The position numbers and the translations under genes are program-made. Under the pieces are notes generated by a model, which was not told the origin of the DNA, did no database searches, and saw nothing but the letters and a program-made list of their open reading frames with translations. This document shows, piece after piece, positions 25,301 to 38,500 of a stretch of DNA of 64,000 nucleotides (positions within the stretch are counted from its first letter, which is position 1; each line of letters starts with the position of its first letter). The DNA comes from Ascidiella aspersa (taxonomy: Eukaryota). The stretch spans positions 25,668,001-25,732,000 of the forward strand of contig OZ004609.1 in NCBI GenBank assembly GCA_963924565.1. Direction: 5' to 3'.

Positions 25301-28300
25301 TCGAGACGGAACAGTGTTTAATCGCGGTGCAGAATAAGAGAGCTCGTCCGGAACAAAGAGGAAGAATTGGATTTAACATCTGCAGGCGACTGCCGGATTA
25401 CAGAAACTTAGCTCTCGAAAGGCGCGAGAGCTTTTTTGTGTACTCACCTGGAATTAGGATGTGGATTATAACGAGAGGAAACGATAACGTTAGGAAGCAG
25501 ATCAAACCGGACGCTGCAAGGCGACAAAGGTGAGGCTTCTGGTCGGCCGTCGGTACTACACAAGGGCGGACATCGGGGCTCATCTGCCGGCGCCAAAAAC
25601 TTCGCCGATTTACGAGGATTAAATTCGCTGGAAGCAGAGCACGCGTGCCCACTTCGGTCACGTGGGCTAGTACGCGTGCCGTCTGCCGCCCTGTGCCCCG
25701 GGGGTGCTGGTCGCGCGACAGACTCCCCCTCGCCAAAGATGCCGTCTCCACGTTGACACACGCCTGGACATTTAAACTTGACGCTGGTCGGTGACCGTGA
25801 CTTGAACCACCACGTGTTTCCTCTCTCTCTGTCAGGTACGTAACAACACGTTGTTGCCGCGGTCATTATGTCAAACTCGCGCGGCGCTGTCGGTCAGCTG
25901 TTTTTCCTAGAGTCTGTCCAGTGGCCTCGTGGAGAACGAAGCCTCGTTAAAGTAGAGGGTTATTGTGACAGGGCGAACGCTGAACTCTGACGTGCCGTCA
26001 GCCAGCGGGTCTTTGTGTAACTAAAAACAGCATCGACACGATGATTTTTTTCGCCATCCCTTCTCCCCTATGACTCGACCTGAAATTAACGCCCGATGAT
26101 GAAATGAAATTGAGGGAACTTGGTGTAGTTGAATGGGCGATAACGCGCACAAGTGCCACTTTGGCGGGTGTCGCGAAACAATTTGTCGCAACTTGCCTTT
26201 TGTAAACAAATCCCTGGTAATGCGGCGAGCGGCGCGCGACGGTGGCACGCACGCGACAAGCAGCGGCGCAGTTATTGTTGCCGTGATGCTTGCGGAAACT
26301 TCGAATTGCTGGTTTGCGCGCGCGGCTCTTTGTCCCAGCGCGCGTGTTGGGGTAGACCAGCCCCGGCTAAATTACATCTGAGCCTCTGTGTTGCTACTTT
26401 AGTTGCCCGCGTATGACGACGACGTTACGCGACGGCGCGTGACCGTAATTTCCTCTAATGGTCAAATGAAATTACAAACCCCGCGAGCGTGAACGCGCGA
26501 CTTCAATCGGCGGTGGGACGTCTCCGGCGCTTGCTGGGGATTTCGCGCCGAGCCCCAACCCTTTTGAAATCGCGCCCCCGGACAAAATTGTCGCTCGAGC
26601 GTCGGCGCGATGAAAGGCGAAGTGATTTGTACTTTGGCGATGTTAACAAATCGAGAAGTGGCACCATACCGATTGTGGCGGAGTCTGTAGGGCGCGCGGC
26701 GCGTTTTTGTTCGTATTAATCGAGGCTCGTCACATAAAAGCGATGCAAATTGCCGCAAAATCATTTCGCCAGCGCACGTGCGAGGTAAGTGAGGGGGCGA
26801 TTTTAAAAGAGGGCCCCAGGACCCGCACCATTCAACATCGCAGGCGCATTTCGAGCAACGAATCGATATGCGCAGATAGGCTACATTACGGAATCCGCCA
26901 ATAAAGAATGTCAAGTCGAAATCTATATCGAACTCTCCTTTGCCGCAATTTTTTCTTCTATGTAGGGCTGCTGGCCAAAGCCCGGTTCGTAAATAGATTT
27001 CGATGCCGAAATCGCGTTCGCACATGCTACATAGTTGCTTTTCATGTCGTCCAAGCAAAGAAGAGACCGGAGTGCGCGAGCGAGATTAGCCCGATATCGA
27101 AGTTGCCTGAGCGACGGGGCCCGGCTTCGGCACAGCGAGCGCCTAATGTGTCCGGGCCGACTGCGTAATGGCGCGGGTCGTTGCTAATGAGATGATGCTA
27201 ATCGATTTTGCTCGGCACCAATGACAGATTTTTCGCCGTGAAAAAATGCGGCATATGTTTTCGGTGTCAATTTTTTGCTGCTGCGGCGGCGAAAGAAAAA
27301 GTCTAAGCGCACCTCTCGGCACACGTTTGTTTGTTGAACTTCTTTTAATTTATTCGACCTTGAGAACGGCAGGGTTCACCCTCACCTACTAATTGTTTTC
27401 AATAGACGGAAAACACTTTTCTTTTAAAGCACACTTTATATCCTCGAAATGGAAAGTTAATGTGCAACCACCTAACTAAAATATAGAGCTAAAATATATA
27501 CAAATTTCGAAATAATTGAAGTTAAGTCCTAATCGATTAAATTTTGGCAAAGTAGGACTGCAGTAAGAAAGCAAACAGGCCGTAATGCCCTTTGAAAAAT
27601 CGATAATTGTCAATCAATCCCAGCTGACATCTAATAATAATTATTCCTTTCGTTCGCTTAAATTTGATCAAAAGTCGCCATTCAAAGAATGATCACGTAA
27701 AGTCCGTGTGAAAAACATTACCAAACGCAATACAAACCTTGTGGTTTCAACCGCTCATAAAGCACCGAATCTTCTCGTTTGTTAATCATAAAAAATTAGC
27801 TAAGACGTTCAACGGTCAGTGTTTACAAGTCCGCGATTTCGCCGTTGGTTGAGGGTCAGGATCCGGCGGGAGAATTCGCGCTGGCCCGGTGTACCGGGTT
27901 ACCGCTGCGGCCAAGATAAATAAGTAATGAGTGGCGAGAAGCTAGCTACACTCTTGAATATTTTATTCTTCAATGAATTATTCAACCAGTGCAAGTGGCG
28001 ATAATTTGCTTGAGCCTGAATATTCATGAACTACTTTACTCAATTGTTTCTTTTAATATTTTATAGGGGCCCGGGCGTGTTTCTGAGCAGCTGATACCAG
28101 CCTACCTGCATCCAGCAGCTGACGCGGCGCGATTTCAAGTCTTTGCCCAACGGCTCGTGGGATTCTTTGCTGGGACTGATGACAACATTCACACAATTAA
28201 GCCGTAGTTTTAAACGATTTTTCGGTGTAGATTATTGTGAGAAGTCCTATTTCATTTGGCGGCACTTTGACCCAAGCCTTTGTGGTATGTCGTTTTACTG

Positions 28301-29758
28301 TGCAGAGCTATAGGTAGACTGTTTATAGTTGTATTTTACTATTATTTTTCACTATCACCACGAAACACATCCGCTTCCAATTCGTTGTCCACTGCTCATA
28401 GGCTGATAGTTTTACGTTTAACTTATAAATTGGTTAGATTGTTTTGCAAAGCTGCGAATACACGCGAAGCGTCGGAGAGGCCTACAACAGGCAATACGTA
28501 TAATTGAATCAATCTGCGGCAGCGCAGAGGCAGTTCGGTCAAAAGGCGCCGCAGCAGGGAACCCTATTTGTCATATGGCGTGGAAGCCCGCTGGCTGGCT
28601 GGCTGCTTTCTGCTGTACAACGCTGGTTCAACTGTAGTTGCTAACTGCTGGCACACGTCAATGCCCCCCGGGCCAAAGTCTTTCCGAAAATCGCCAATTG
28701 CACCGGTCGGGAGGTGCCGCTATAAAACGTCGCTGAAAACAAAGCGGAGTGACATCTGCCGTGGCGCGACAACTATCAGGGATTTCTAATCGAAAATTTA
28801 GCGCTTAAGCGCTGCACATGTCTCCCTACTACCTGCCAGAGATTTAAACAATAGGTATTGTTTGTTTTTGTTTGCGTTCGCCCTGCGAGCCGATAAAGAC
28901 TTGAAACGTTACGCAGAGAATATCTTCTGTCTGGTGTCGGGCACCTCTAAAATTTTGAATTCACTTGGTTCTTGTTTTTGTTCAATCAGATGTTTAATGG
29001 CATGTCTGTATTAATTTAATTAATGTTTTGGGTTTAACACTTAACCTCAAAGGTTTGCCACGGTTTCCCTGGAAAACGTTGCCCTTTTAATATAGCCTAT
29101 AGTATGGATTATAGTTAAAAACATAATACCTCTCACTCAAAAACAAAAAATACGTGGAGTGGATTACATTGTATCTGCAATTACTTGTTCTGATACCCAC
29201 TTTTAGAAAAGTTTAGAAAAGTCTGTTACAGCCTTTGTTTCCCAGTTTGAAATATATCACTCAAAAGTTCAAAATATTGTTCGACATCAGTTTATTGCAA
29301 CGTGCACATACTTAAAAGGAACTCAAACAAAAAATAAAAAATAAGAAGAGAAGAATTAACGAGAAACTTGAATCGAGGTTGTCGCCACAGCCGACGACAA
29401 CAACAGCAATGTATATAGCGCGGTATAGAAAATTGAAGAAAATGCCCGAGAGGTGCAAATCGAATCAGCAACGCAAAGAGAGTGTTTTCAGTTCTACAAA
29501 TCTTATTTCCAGGCTTTGTGCAAATCGGTGTCCTTGGCGCGTCAGTGCTCAGCGTTTGCAATCGACTCTCGGAGCCCTATGGTCCTTCTCCGACGACCAC
29601 AGTGCGTGTTTCACAGTATATAGCAGAAGCAGCAGCATCGTGTAGTACGTGATCGACTTGTAATTAAGGTAGATAGAGGAGAAACGGCAGGCAGCGGTTT
29701 CGGCTGAATCCAGCAACAGTGTCCCGCGTTAACGGCGATTAAAGCAGCATTTTGCACG

Positions 29759-32700
29759 TTACATCATTCCCTCCTGCGAACAGTCAAATTCGTTAGAATA
29801 GAGGTTTCGAAACCCAGTAAGATGTTCATTTATAAACTAAGTATACTTGCCAGATAAGCTGTAATGACTTTTAACTTAATATTTGCATTTTTAAGTAGAT
29901 TTTTTAGTCTAGTGTTAGTTCAATTTTCACGTTGTTTATTTTACTTACCGCGTTAAATGCAGAAAACTTCATTCTCTTTTGCTTTTGTCTCTGGTTACAA
30001 AACCAAACGCGGACTACGTTTTTCTTCAAGTCAAGCTTTTCGGCAATGGCAGCAATCTTCTCTGAAGACGGGCGAGGCTAAAATTGCAAAAAAAAATTGC
30101 TTTAAAAAATGTAAAAAAAAACATTTAAAGAAACTCTACTGATAAAGGAATACAAATTAACCATTTAGTGAATGTTTTTGGTAAAATAATTCTTTTGGGT
30201 GACAAATCATATGAGTACTCAATAAATCGTCTTACCTGGACAGCGAAGTAAGCCTCCAGTGATCTTTTCTCCGGAGCGGCTATGGAAGTCCTTTTCCTCT
30301 TCTTGTCTCCGAGTCCGGCGCTCTCCATCTTTCTCCTTTGTTCTTCCTCGGCTTTCTCCAGCCAAGCGATAAGGATCGGTTTGAGAGCAACCATGTTGTT
30401 GTGACTCAATGTCAGGGACTCGAATCTGTTAAAAGTTCCACGTTTGCTACAAAGCCAGCGATATGTAAATAAGCAGCGAACGAAATGTAAAACCCAACCT
30501 AATGAATTAAAAAAAGGTAAATAAAAAATACCATCATATTAGACCGGATATCAAGAATACACATAGAAAACGGGCAAGACGTTGACGTTTAGCATACAAA
30601 AAACTTCAACGAACCTGCAAATTGTGCTCTGGCTCAGAGATCCAACGCCAGGCAGCTTAAGGTTGGCAAGCGCCCGTCCAACGTCGTTTTGGGTCACTCC
30701 TAACTTAATGCGGCGTTGTTTGAACCTAAAGAATCCAAGAGAAACCATGTTAAACAAGCACTCGATTTCCCGCAAAAACAGCAAGGTTACACAGCAAAAT
30801 CGAAGCCGGTTTCGCTTTGCCTTTGTGTTTACGAACCTTTCCGCAAACGCCTCCAGTTCCCTTGGGTCTGCGTCGTACTCGCTTGCAGGAAAATTTGCCA
30901 CTATGGTGTTTGGCGACGCTGGAAAAAAACATTATAAATTTATTTGCGAATGCGGTTGGATTTAGGGCCTGTGTATGGGCCAAATAAAAGTATTTTGCAT
31001 GTACCAATCTACCTGTAGAACTGTTTATATCAGTGCTATTAAACTACCGCCCAGGGGGTACACCAGAGGTGAATTTGACAATGAAATACTATTTTAACCG
31101 CTAATGCAGCAAAAACTAATTAGCTAAACAAGGGGGTAACTTAAGTACTTTAATTTCTATCAGCGGTAACGATTCCAAAAAGGGTAAGAACCATTAGTTT
31201 ATTATGACTTTATAAATCACACATTGAAAACAATCTTATCTCCTTAATAAGCCTATCTTTTACCTGGCTGTGTCGAGTTGCAAGTTGCTGTTGAGGGGGG
31301 CGCCACTGAAGGGTGTATCGATGACGTCACCGGGTGAAAGTGACTGGTCGGGTTGTACGGAGGAGCAGTGTGACTGATGTAGTGCGGTTGAGGGGGCACA
31401 GTGTCGGCTGACGTCATCATAACCGAAGACGAGTTGAAGGTGGGGTGTTGGTAGGGAGGAAAAGCACTGGAAAGACAAGCAGGAAATGTTAGTGCTGGTG
31501 CGTACATGCGATGTAAACCTTATAAGACTTATATCTAACATTAAGGTGCGTGGCAAACAACGTTGAGACCGGCATTCTTTTTTAAAAAATTAATGATTGT
31601 TTTACTAATGCTTATAAGCACGGATTGTAGCTGTAGCCAACACTCATTAAACTTATCTTTCAACTCTACATAACCGTATAAAACCCAGAGAAAATGAATC
31701 CTGATTCCTGAATACGGGAACATGACTTTCAATTCTAAAGCCAAGCTTTGTCACAAATTTTATGAACTCACCAGTGCGATGATCCGAGTTGATCGATGAC
31801 GTCACTTGTGTCAAGGGAAGATTGTAGCGCCGCGGTGTGATGAAACGCCGAGGGAGGATGCATTGAACTGTACACTGCAAATTTGAACAATAAATTATTG
31901 AAATTTACAGGTGTAAATGTATTTCATGTTCCAAATTGTTACCTATATTTTTTAATAGGCGATTTTCGATCATTTTTATTCTTTCTTTGACTATTTTTAT
32001 TTTTCAAACAAACAACATGAACTTTTTAATAAATTACCAGGTGGGGGCATGCTTGAAGTGGTGTGTTGCTGGGTTGCGTAAGGTGCCGAAGGCGCGTAGT
32101 ACGAGTGGTTGTTCGGTTCCGGTTTGAACTGGTTCTTACCGGTGTAGTCAACGGCGGCGAGGGCCTCGGCCCTCGCCAAAAATGACTCGTCGAAGCCAGC
32201 AAAAAGATTGCCCTGTGAAAAACGAAGATTGTTGTGCTTTTGTAAAGACTATTAGTGAGTTTCATTTCAAGCCTAAAGACATGCGCTATTCCATAACTGT
32301 TTGGTTCGGATTTAAAGTGAATTAACGATTGAGTTCTGAAAAGAGCAAAACAGTTTCATAAGCACAGATGGCAAGCGGCTCGACAAATATATTCGAGAAA
32401 TATAATGTGGGTAAAATATAGCGCCGAGTTTCCCACGTCCCACAAAATTGCTTGCCAAAATCTCGTCGCCGGAACATGGCGAGCGACATCGAATCGAGTT
32501 AACTTATGACGGAGTGAGTTATTTGTCCAGACGATTGACCCCGATCCGGAGCGGTGGGGAACCTCGGCTCGCCGGCCTCATGACAAACGACCCGGGCGCC
32601 ATTTTGTTTTCGGCGTGAAATTCGCAGATGTCGGCGGAAAATTCGCCACAAAGTGCGCGGGCCGCGCTCGGCTGCTGCCGGTAATTAAAATATGTCCAGC

Positions 32701-33189
32701 ATAATGCGTCATGAAAAACAATTGTGCGCAGTACTGTGCGCGTCGAAATATAGCACTATAGCGAAAAGTGTCCGAATCGACAATTTCGATTGAATTCCCA
32801 TCACATCACTTTTAGCCGCCATTCTGGATATTGGCGTGTATAAATTTATCATCAAACTTTCGTTTTAACTTTCTTATTTTTTTTTATTTTAACTTTATTG
32901 TCAACAGAACAATGTTTGTGTTTCAAAAAGAAGCACTGCTTTCATTTATTACGATAGTCAATAAGATATACTTTTCTTAGAAGAATGCCACTTTTATGTT
33001 AAACGGCCAAGTGCAACTTACGGAATAGGCCACGGGCGACGTCATGCAGTGACGTCGCATTGCGTCGGCGGCATTGTGTAGGGGCGTGTACTTCTGCTCG
33101 GTGCCGTAGCAGTTGGCGTTGAGGGTGGACACGGTGCTGACCGGCGAAGGGGGTCGGTGGTGGTGAGGGGCGAGCATGTTGGTGAACAT
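29759..33189 (-). CDS. POU4: POU class IV homeodomain transcription factor (Pou4/Brn3/unc-86 family), 9 coding exons, ~391 aa
   Basis: Exons (minus) 33189-33022, 32212-32038, 31874-31772, 31466-31264, 30918-30837, 30725-30615, 30425-30236, 30077-29949, 29773-29759. Phases consistent (1176 nt). POU-IV box [22 protein letters not shown]; POU-specific domain [23 protein letters not shown]...[23 protein letters not shown]; homeodomain [60 protein letters not shown]. The tiny last exon (EGMM*) is less certain. Minus-strand AATAAA at ~29291-29296. Confidence 0.96.
31031..31195. mobile_element. Degenerate short hAT-like MITE in POU4 intron 4
   Basis: CAGTGCTATTAAAC...GGTAAGAACCATT ends with GGGGGTA subterminal motifs, similar to other CAGT-ended elements in the window. 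Confidence 0.4.
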
Positions 33190-33889
33190 CTTGCGGTGAA
33201 GAAATGAAGACGAGCAAAGTGCAAAGCAGTTGCTTTATTTTGAAGAACTAGAGGACTCTTAAAGCTGAAAACAAGCAGAATTTTTATAAGCGTGAACGCT
33301 ATACCTTTTCTTTCTGTAACTCAATAAAATAAACTTCACAAGATAAATTCTGCCGCTTGTAGCTGCTCCTGTAAATGGACAACGAAATTGTGCCAAAACC
33401 TCGAATAAAATTGTCATCCTTCAACAGGGGTAACGATCGATCCGACCTTTAATCGTTAATCGTCCGATCCCGGCGAATTATTCTCGCAGGCCTTAAGCGT
33501 CGGTGAGCCTATTAAAAAAAAACTTTTCTCGCCTATCAATATAAATATTTTATCGAAGCTGCAAATTCTCGACGGGCACCGAAACGATTAATAAATTATT
33601 GAGCCGGCGCGCCGTCCCAGCGCCCCATGCAAGCAAGCCGCCCGACGTGCGCAGCGCAGCGAAATGAACTCCGCGCCCGGCGCTGGGCCGCTCGCTTCTG
33701 ACCGCCCTCCCTTCTTCCACTTTCCCTTTTTGTTTTGCGGCCGACAGCCGATAACGCCCCCGGGGTCACGTGACCGCCTGGCGAGGACAGGTGGAAAGTA
33801 CGGCGGAGTCGAGTCGCAAGACGGAAGCAGCAGCAGGAATTGCGTGGATGAAGGCGGGTGTGGGTTTCATTGCGGTGCAATATGCTCAC

Positions 33890-34030
33890 CTGCTGCTCTT
33901 GCTGCTGATGACGACTCTTCGCCGGACAGCGTTAGAACGCAGAGCCGGAAGCTCGTCCAGTTTCGTTTTCTGCTGCTGCTCTTCCTTCTGTTGTTGTTTT
34001 TAGGGGGCGTGGATATTTTCCGCTTCCTGT
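33890..34030 (-). other. Candidate non-coding 5' exon of POU4
   Basis: Strong donor CAG|GTGAGC at 33889 and no ATG in the preceding ~140 nt. Acceptors downstream at 33264-33265 (ttgttttcAG) and directly before the ATG (33190-33191). The 5' boundary is approximate. Confidence 0.45.
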
Positions 34031-35499
34031 GCGGGGCGCTGGTATTTCCACGCGATACGGTTAATACCTTCCGTTTTTTAGGGATCGGAACAACTTGTCG
34101 TTATAAGTATGGCGACAGGTGCTTAAATTGTGCGACGCTTTGTTTTCACAGTTTTAAGTATTTACTTCAAAGCAGACTATTTATTGACAGATATACATTA
34201 CGGCTTTTTCACTAAAGTTTTTTTTTTGCCTGGTGTACAGCCTATAACGGTAAATTAACGTGTCGCGTCCCCTTGGACATTTTTTGTGTGTCGGTTAACT
34301 TATCCTAACTTCAAAATCTGTAAAAAACGTGTTGACGTACGGTATCATTAAAGTTTTAAAATACTAAAAAATCATAGCGTTTACTGTAAATCAAGAGTAA
34401 ATTTACAATGGTTATAAATGTATTTTAATATTTACCCAAATCGGTTAAATTTCAAGATATTTAGTAAAGCAAGTTGTAGCAAATATGGTTTAACCGAACT
34501 TTTGTATCGCAATACACAAACACCGCCAGTTGTGCGAGACTCGCTCTTTCCATGCACTGTCAATCAAACAAAGAGTCGCGCGTCGGTGTAATCCTTCCGA
34601 AATGCCTGGCATAGCGCGGGAGCCGTGACAAAACTACCGGATTGACGAATCGCGACAGATGCCCGATCGGGGGAGGGGAAAAATTATGCCCATACCGACG
34701 GCTAATTACAAAAAGAAGGGCCATTAATGGCGGGACGGGCGAATAATAAAAAATCGATTTCGACTTTTGCCGACGGACCGCGATTCCCGGGCAGATGCGT
34801 TTTGTTATCCAGCATTATGAATTTCGACTGCGCGTATATATTCGCTGCTTATACAGACATTGGGTGCCTGAGAAACAAACTGTGTCCAGATTACGCGAGG
34901 ACCGTGGCTTGATCGGATTATGACTTTCCAGCAAATATGACATCTCAACTGACCAGCGCAGCGTCAATTCTTTAGCGCGCGAAAAAAATCTCCTTGTTGT
35001 GTAAAAACAGAGGTCTGGCGAGTAAAACGGGAGAAATTTCTTTGGATAGGGAGCCCCCGGTTCATTAAATATGAACGACCGTGAGAATGTTTGAATATTT
35101 AATAGCTCCAGTCATTAAATATTGAATCTGGGCCCGTGTACTTTTTCGATGCCGCTACCGTGACGAGGCGCTTCGTCGACAAATTGTTGCTTCGTCATCG
35201 CCACAACACAAGTCCTGATTAGGTGGTCGATCTCTCAAAGGTGTGAAAACTTCACCGGGGGGCTAACTTGAAAAAAAAAACATGAAGAAAAAATAATAAT
35301 TTATCGACAAAACTCAACAAGGATATGTACAAAATATTCTTGTATATGTTTTTAAAAAGATTTTGCAACAAGTTATAAAAATAAAGAGGGTCAAAAAAGA
35401 AGTAATATTTTTTATCAAAAATAATTTAGGAAATAAATATGCTCTAAAACTATTTAAACAAAGTTTATAAACAAAATTTGATCTGTTTAAAGACTTAAA

Positions 35500-35538
35500 T
35501 GAATTATATGATATACCACGTCGATATCATATAATTCA
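35500..35538. repeat. Perfect 15-bp inverted repeat upstream of POU4
   Basis: TGAATTATATGATAT-accacgtcg-ATATCATATAATTCA. Confidence 0.7.
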
Positions 35539-38500
35539 ATAGTAAAGAAATATTCCTTGTTGAGCTGATTTACAAAAAAATGACATACGATCTTAAAAGT
35601 ATATGTCGGTATGTGCTTTGACAACGGCCTATTGGTTTCTTTTTTTCAATTGCTCGGTTGCGGAATATCGAGAGGTAAAATTACCGGTTTGTATTCACCC
35701 TTGCGGAAAAGCAATTATTTTTAGCGTTAGAGGCGTATATTAAAAAGACGCTTTCATCGAGGCAAACGTTGTACTCGTAAAATTCAGGTTAAATTAAGAA
35801 CAAACTTAGAACCTTGTTCAACTCAATCAATGCAACAGTGATTAGTTTCCCCTTAATTCGAAAAAACGCCGTGACATAAGGAAAATTTGCCTAGCGAAAG
35901 CGTTCTTATTTTGGAAGGTCAATTTCGTGTCTGCTTTCGTGTTACACCGGATCGCCTAGAGTCACGTGACCTTCCATATACCGAGGCCTCGGCACGCGTG
36001 ACGTCACCTGCGCTCGTGAATTATTAATCGCTATCGAAATAATTTTAAGACTCCTCGCGCGCGCGCGCCCCGACCGTCCCTGCTGTGTCGTCATAATTAC
36101 AAGGGGGAAAACGCGCCCTCTCCCCTCATGTTGGTGTTTTTTTGGCGCACGCAAGAACGCGCTTTGCCCGGTTTGTTGTTGTCGCCAAGGTAAATTAAAA
36201 TAAGCTTTTATGCATAACGCGTATGTGGTCAAACCTAGGCTGTCGACTTAAAAAAATGTTCAATTGGATTTAATGCTAATTCACAAGTACTCTAATGACA
36301 AGGAAATGGTTTGGTAATTGGTATAGAGCTCTGTGTTTTACACAAAACTTAACTATGCTAAGCATGGTGAAACACTTCATTTTCTTTAATCGAATTTTTT
36401 CTTTAAAATCGAAACTGTATTTCTTTAATCGAAATTTCACGCGTTTTCATATACAGTTTTAATTTCCAACAACATCAAATGTCTGTTGACTGCGACAAAT
36501 AAACCCTGTTGCGGACGGTGTACTTAAAATTTAGTGGAACCTATTAGTTTTTCTATGAATTAGCAAAGATAGTTACGGCACAACTTTGACATAAATGGTA
36601 AACAAGACATCTTTTCCGAGGACGAATTGTTTGTGCTGACATTGCCATAAAGAAGTGACCTGAAAGCTTTCTTACCAATTCGTCAGCCCAATCAATCGAT
36701 GATAATGTCAACGCAAAGTGCAATAATTAGTTTTCTTGCATTGCACCAATATGGGTATTCGATTGTAATTCCGTTATTCAAGCGACGGGGTTTCTGTTTC
36801 CTTTCACAAAAGCGCAAAATAGATCGTTTAATGTTTTTAATGGCACCCTGCATCAGCGCTAAGTCACTGGAAAATATTGTTCATTGGTCGCCACGGAGCA
36901 TCAGAAAGCGAATACAGCCGAATGAAAATAGTTACGGGAATATTGAAGCGTAAAACGTTCGGTGTGTATATTGTTAAACGCAATTGGATACTCGCGGAAA
37001 GAGCATATTGGATCCAACTAAAAATATTGTCCGTCTAAAATTATTAAATATTATTTCTTCTACATCATACAACGAAATGTATGATCTGAAACTCACAGGC
37101 TTGTAATTTAACAGCTGACTGCAAAACCTTTAATAACCGATATGGCAAGAAAAACAAGCAAAAAAACATTCGTTGGAATAAGAAACAGGAAAATATTAAA
37201 GAAAGTTATTTTAAATCACCACTATGTTTTATTATTTTGTCACCTTTAGATGTGTAAAGGTTGAATATTAACCAGGTATGCCATTTTTGTCATACTAACA
37301 TATTAAGCAGGTTCGCCATTTTTTAGTTAATTGGAATAAATTAAGTACGGGCCTACTGGTAGTTGGAATAATGTATGAGTTGACATGTGACCAATTTCGT
37401 ATGAAATTGCAGAAAAAATTATGCCAATTAAAACCCAATAAACGCGTTTCGCGCGATTGCACTTTATTTCAGTTCAAAGTTTTCGCACGAGTTCGTTAGA
37501 AAATAACATGTATTTTTAAGATTAATTGTTTGATGACGTCATGTTATGACTTAACTTGACGTCATCTCTAACAAATATTCTACTGGCGGTCATGAGAAAA
37601 ATAAGACTGTGAATACGGCCGGCAACACCTAAAAGGTTGTTCAACCCTTCCCTAATAAAATTAATTAGTGAAAAAGCTTCGTTTGTTTCAACCTTGTTTT
37701 TGTAGTTTAATAAGTCGTAATTTTACTGTGACCATTTGATTAACTCATCAATCCCAGAGCCTAAGTGGATCTTATAACTCCGAGTTAGGAGTTCCCTACT
37801 GCTATCTAGCGGAACTATTAAATTATCCCTTTTCGAAAGGAGTTTGTTTATTTGTTTTAAAACAACTAAACAGATTGACGGACGAGAACAGAAAAATAGT
37901 GCTTATTTAATACAAAGAGACAGTTGAGGCTAAAAGTCAGCTCACTTAACTTTGTATGTTGCAAGTTTTCTGGAGTTTAAATCACACATATTATCCTATG
38001 CTATTTAACAAACAATTAACGGTAAATAACGAACCGTTCACATAATAGTAAACAGTTCAAAATTTAATCGAAATAAGCTCCAAACAGAAAAGTTACAGGT
38101 TTGACAGAAAGGAAATCAAAGTTTTAAAGATATTCAAGATTTTTCCAAATAGCTTTTAATATGTTTACAATAATAGACTTACCATACAAATCTGTTGGCT
38201 TTTTGGCAAGTTATACCATAGCACCCCGTAGCGAGAGAAAAGAAACATGACGAATAATGTTTTATTTGAAAAGAATTTCCTTTAATCGTTTGAAGGTATA
38301 GTATGCAACTTTTACAGAATTAATAACAGGTATGTCACTTTAATCACTGTAAGTCCGATTTTAGGCAGAATAGAATCGCAGTCAGGATATTTCGTTTTTG
38401 TCATGAGGGGTAAAGCCTGCATAGCCTACCTATAATGCGACTCGAGCTAACTTGATGTTAATTTTGAAGACATTTGACATTTATTTCAATTTAATGTGTT

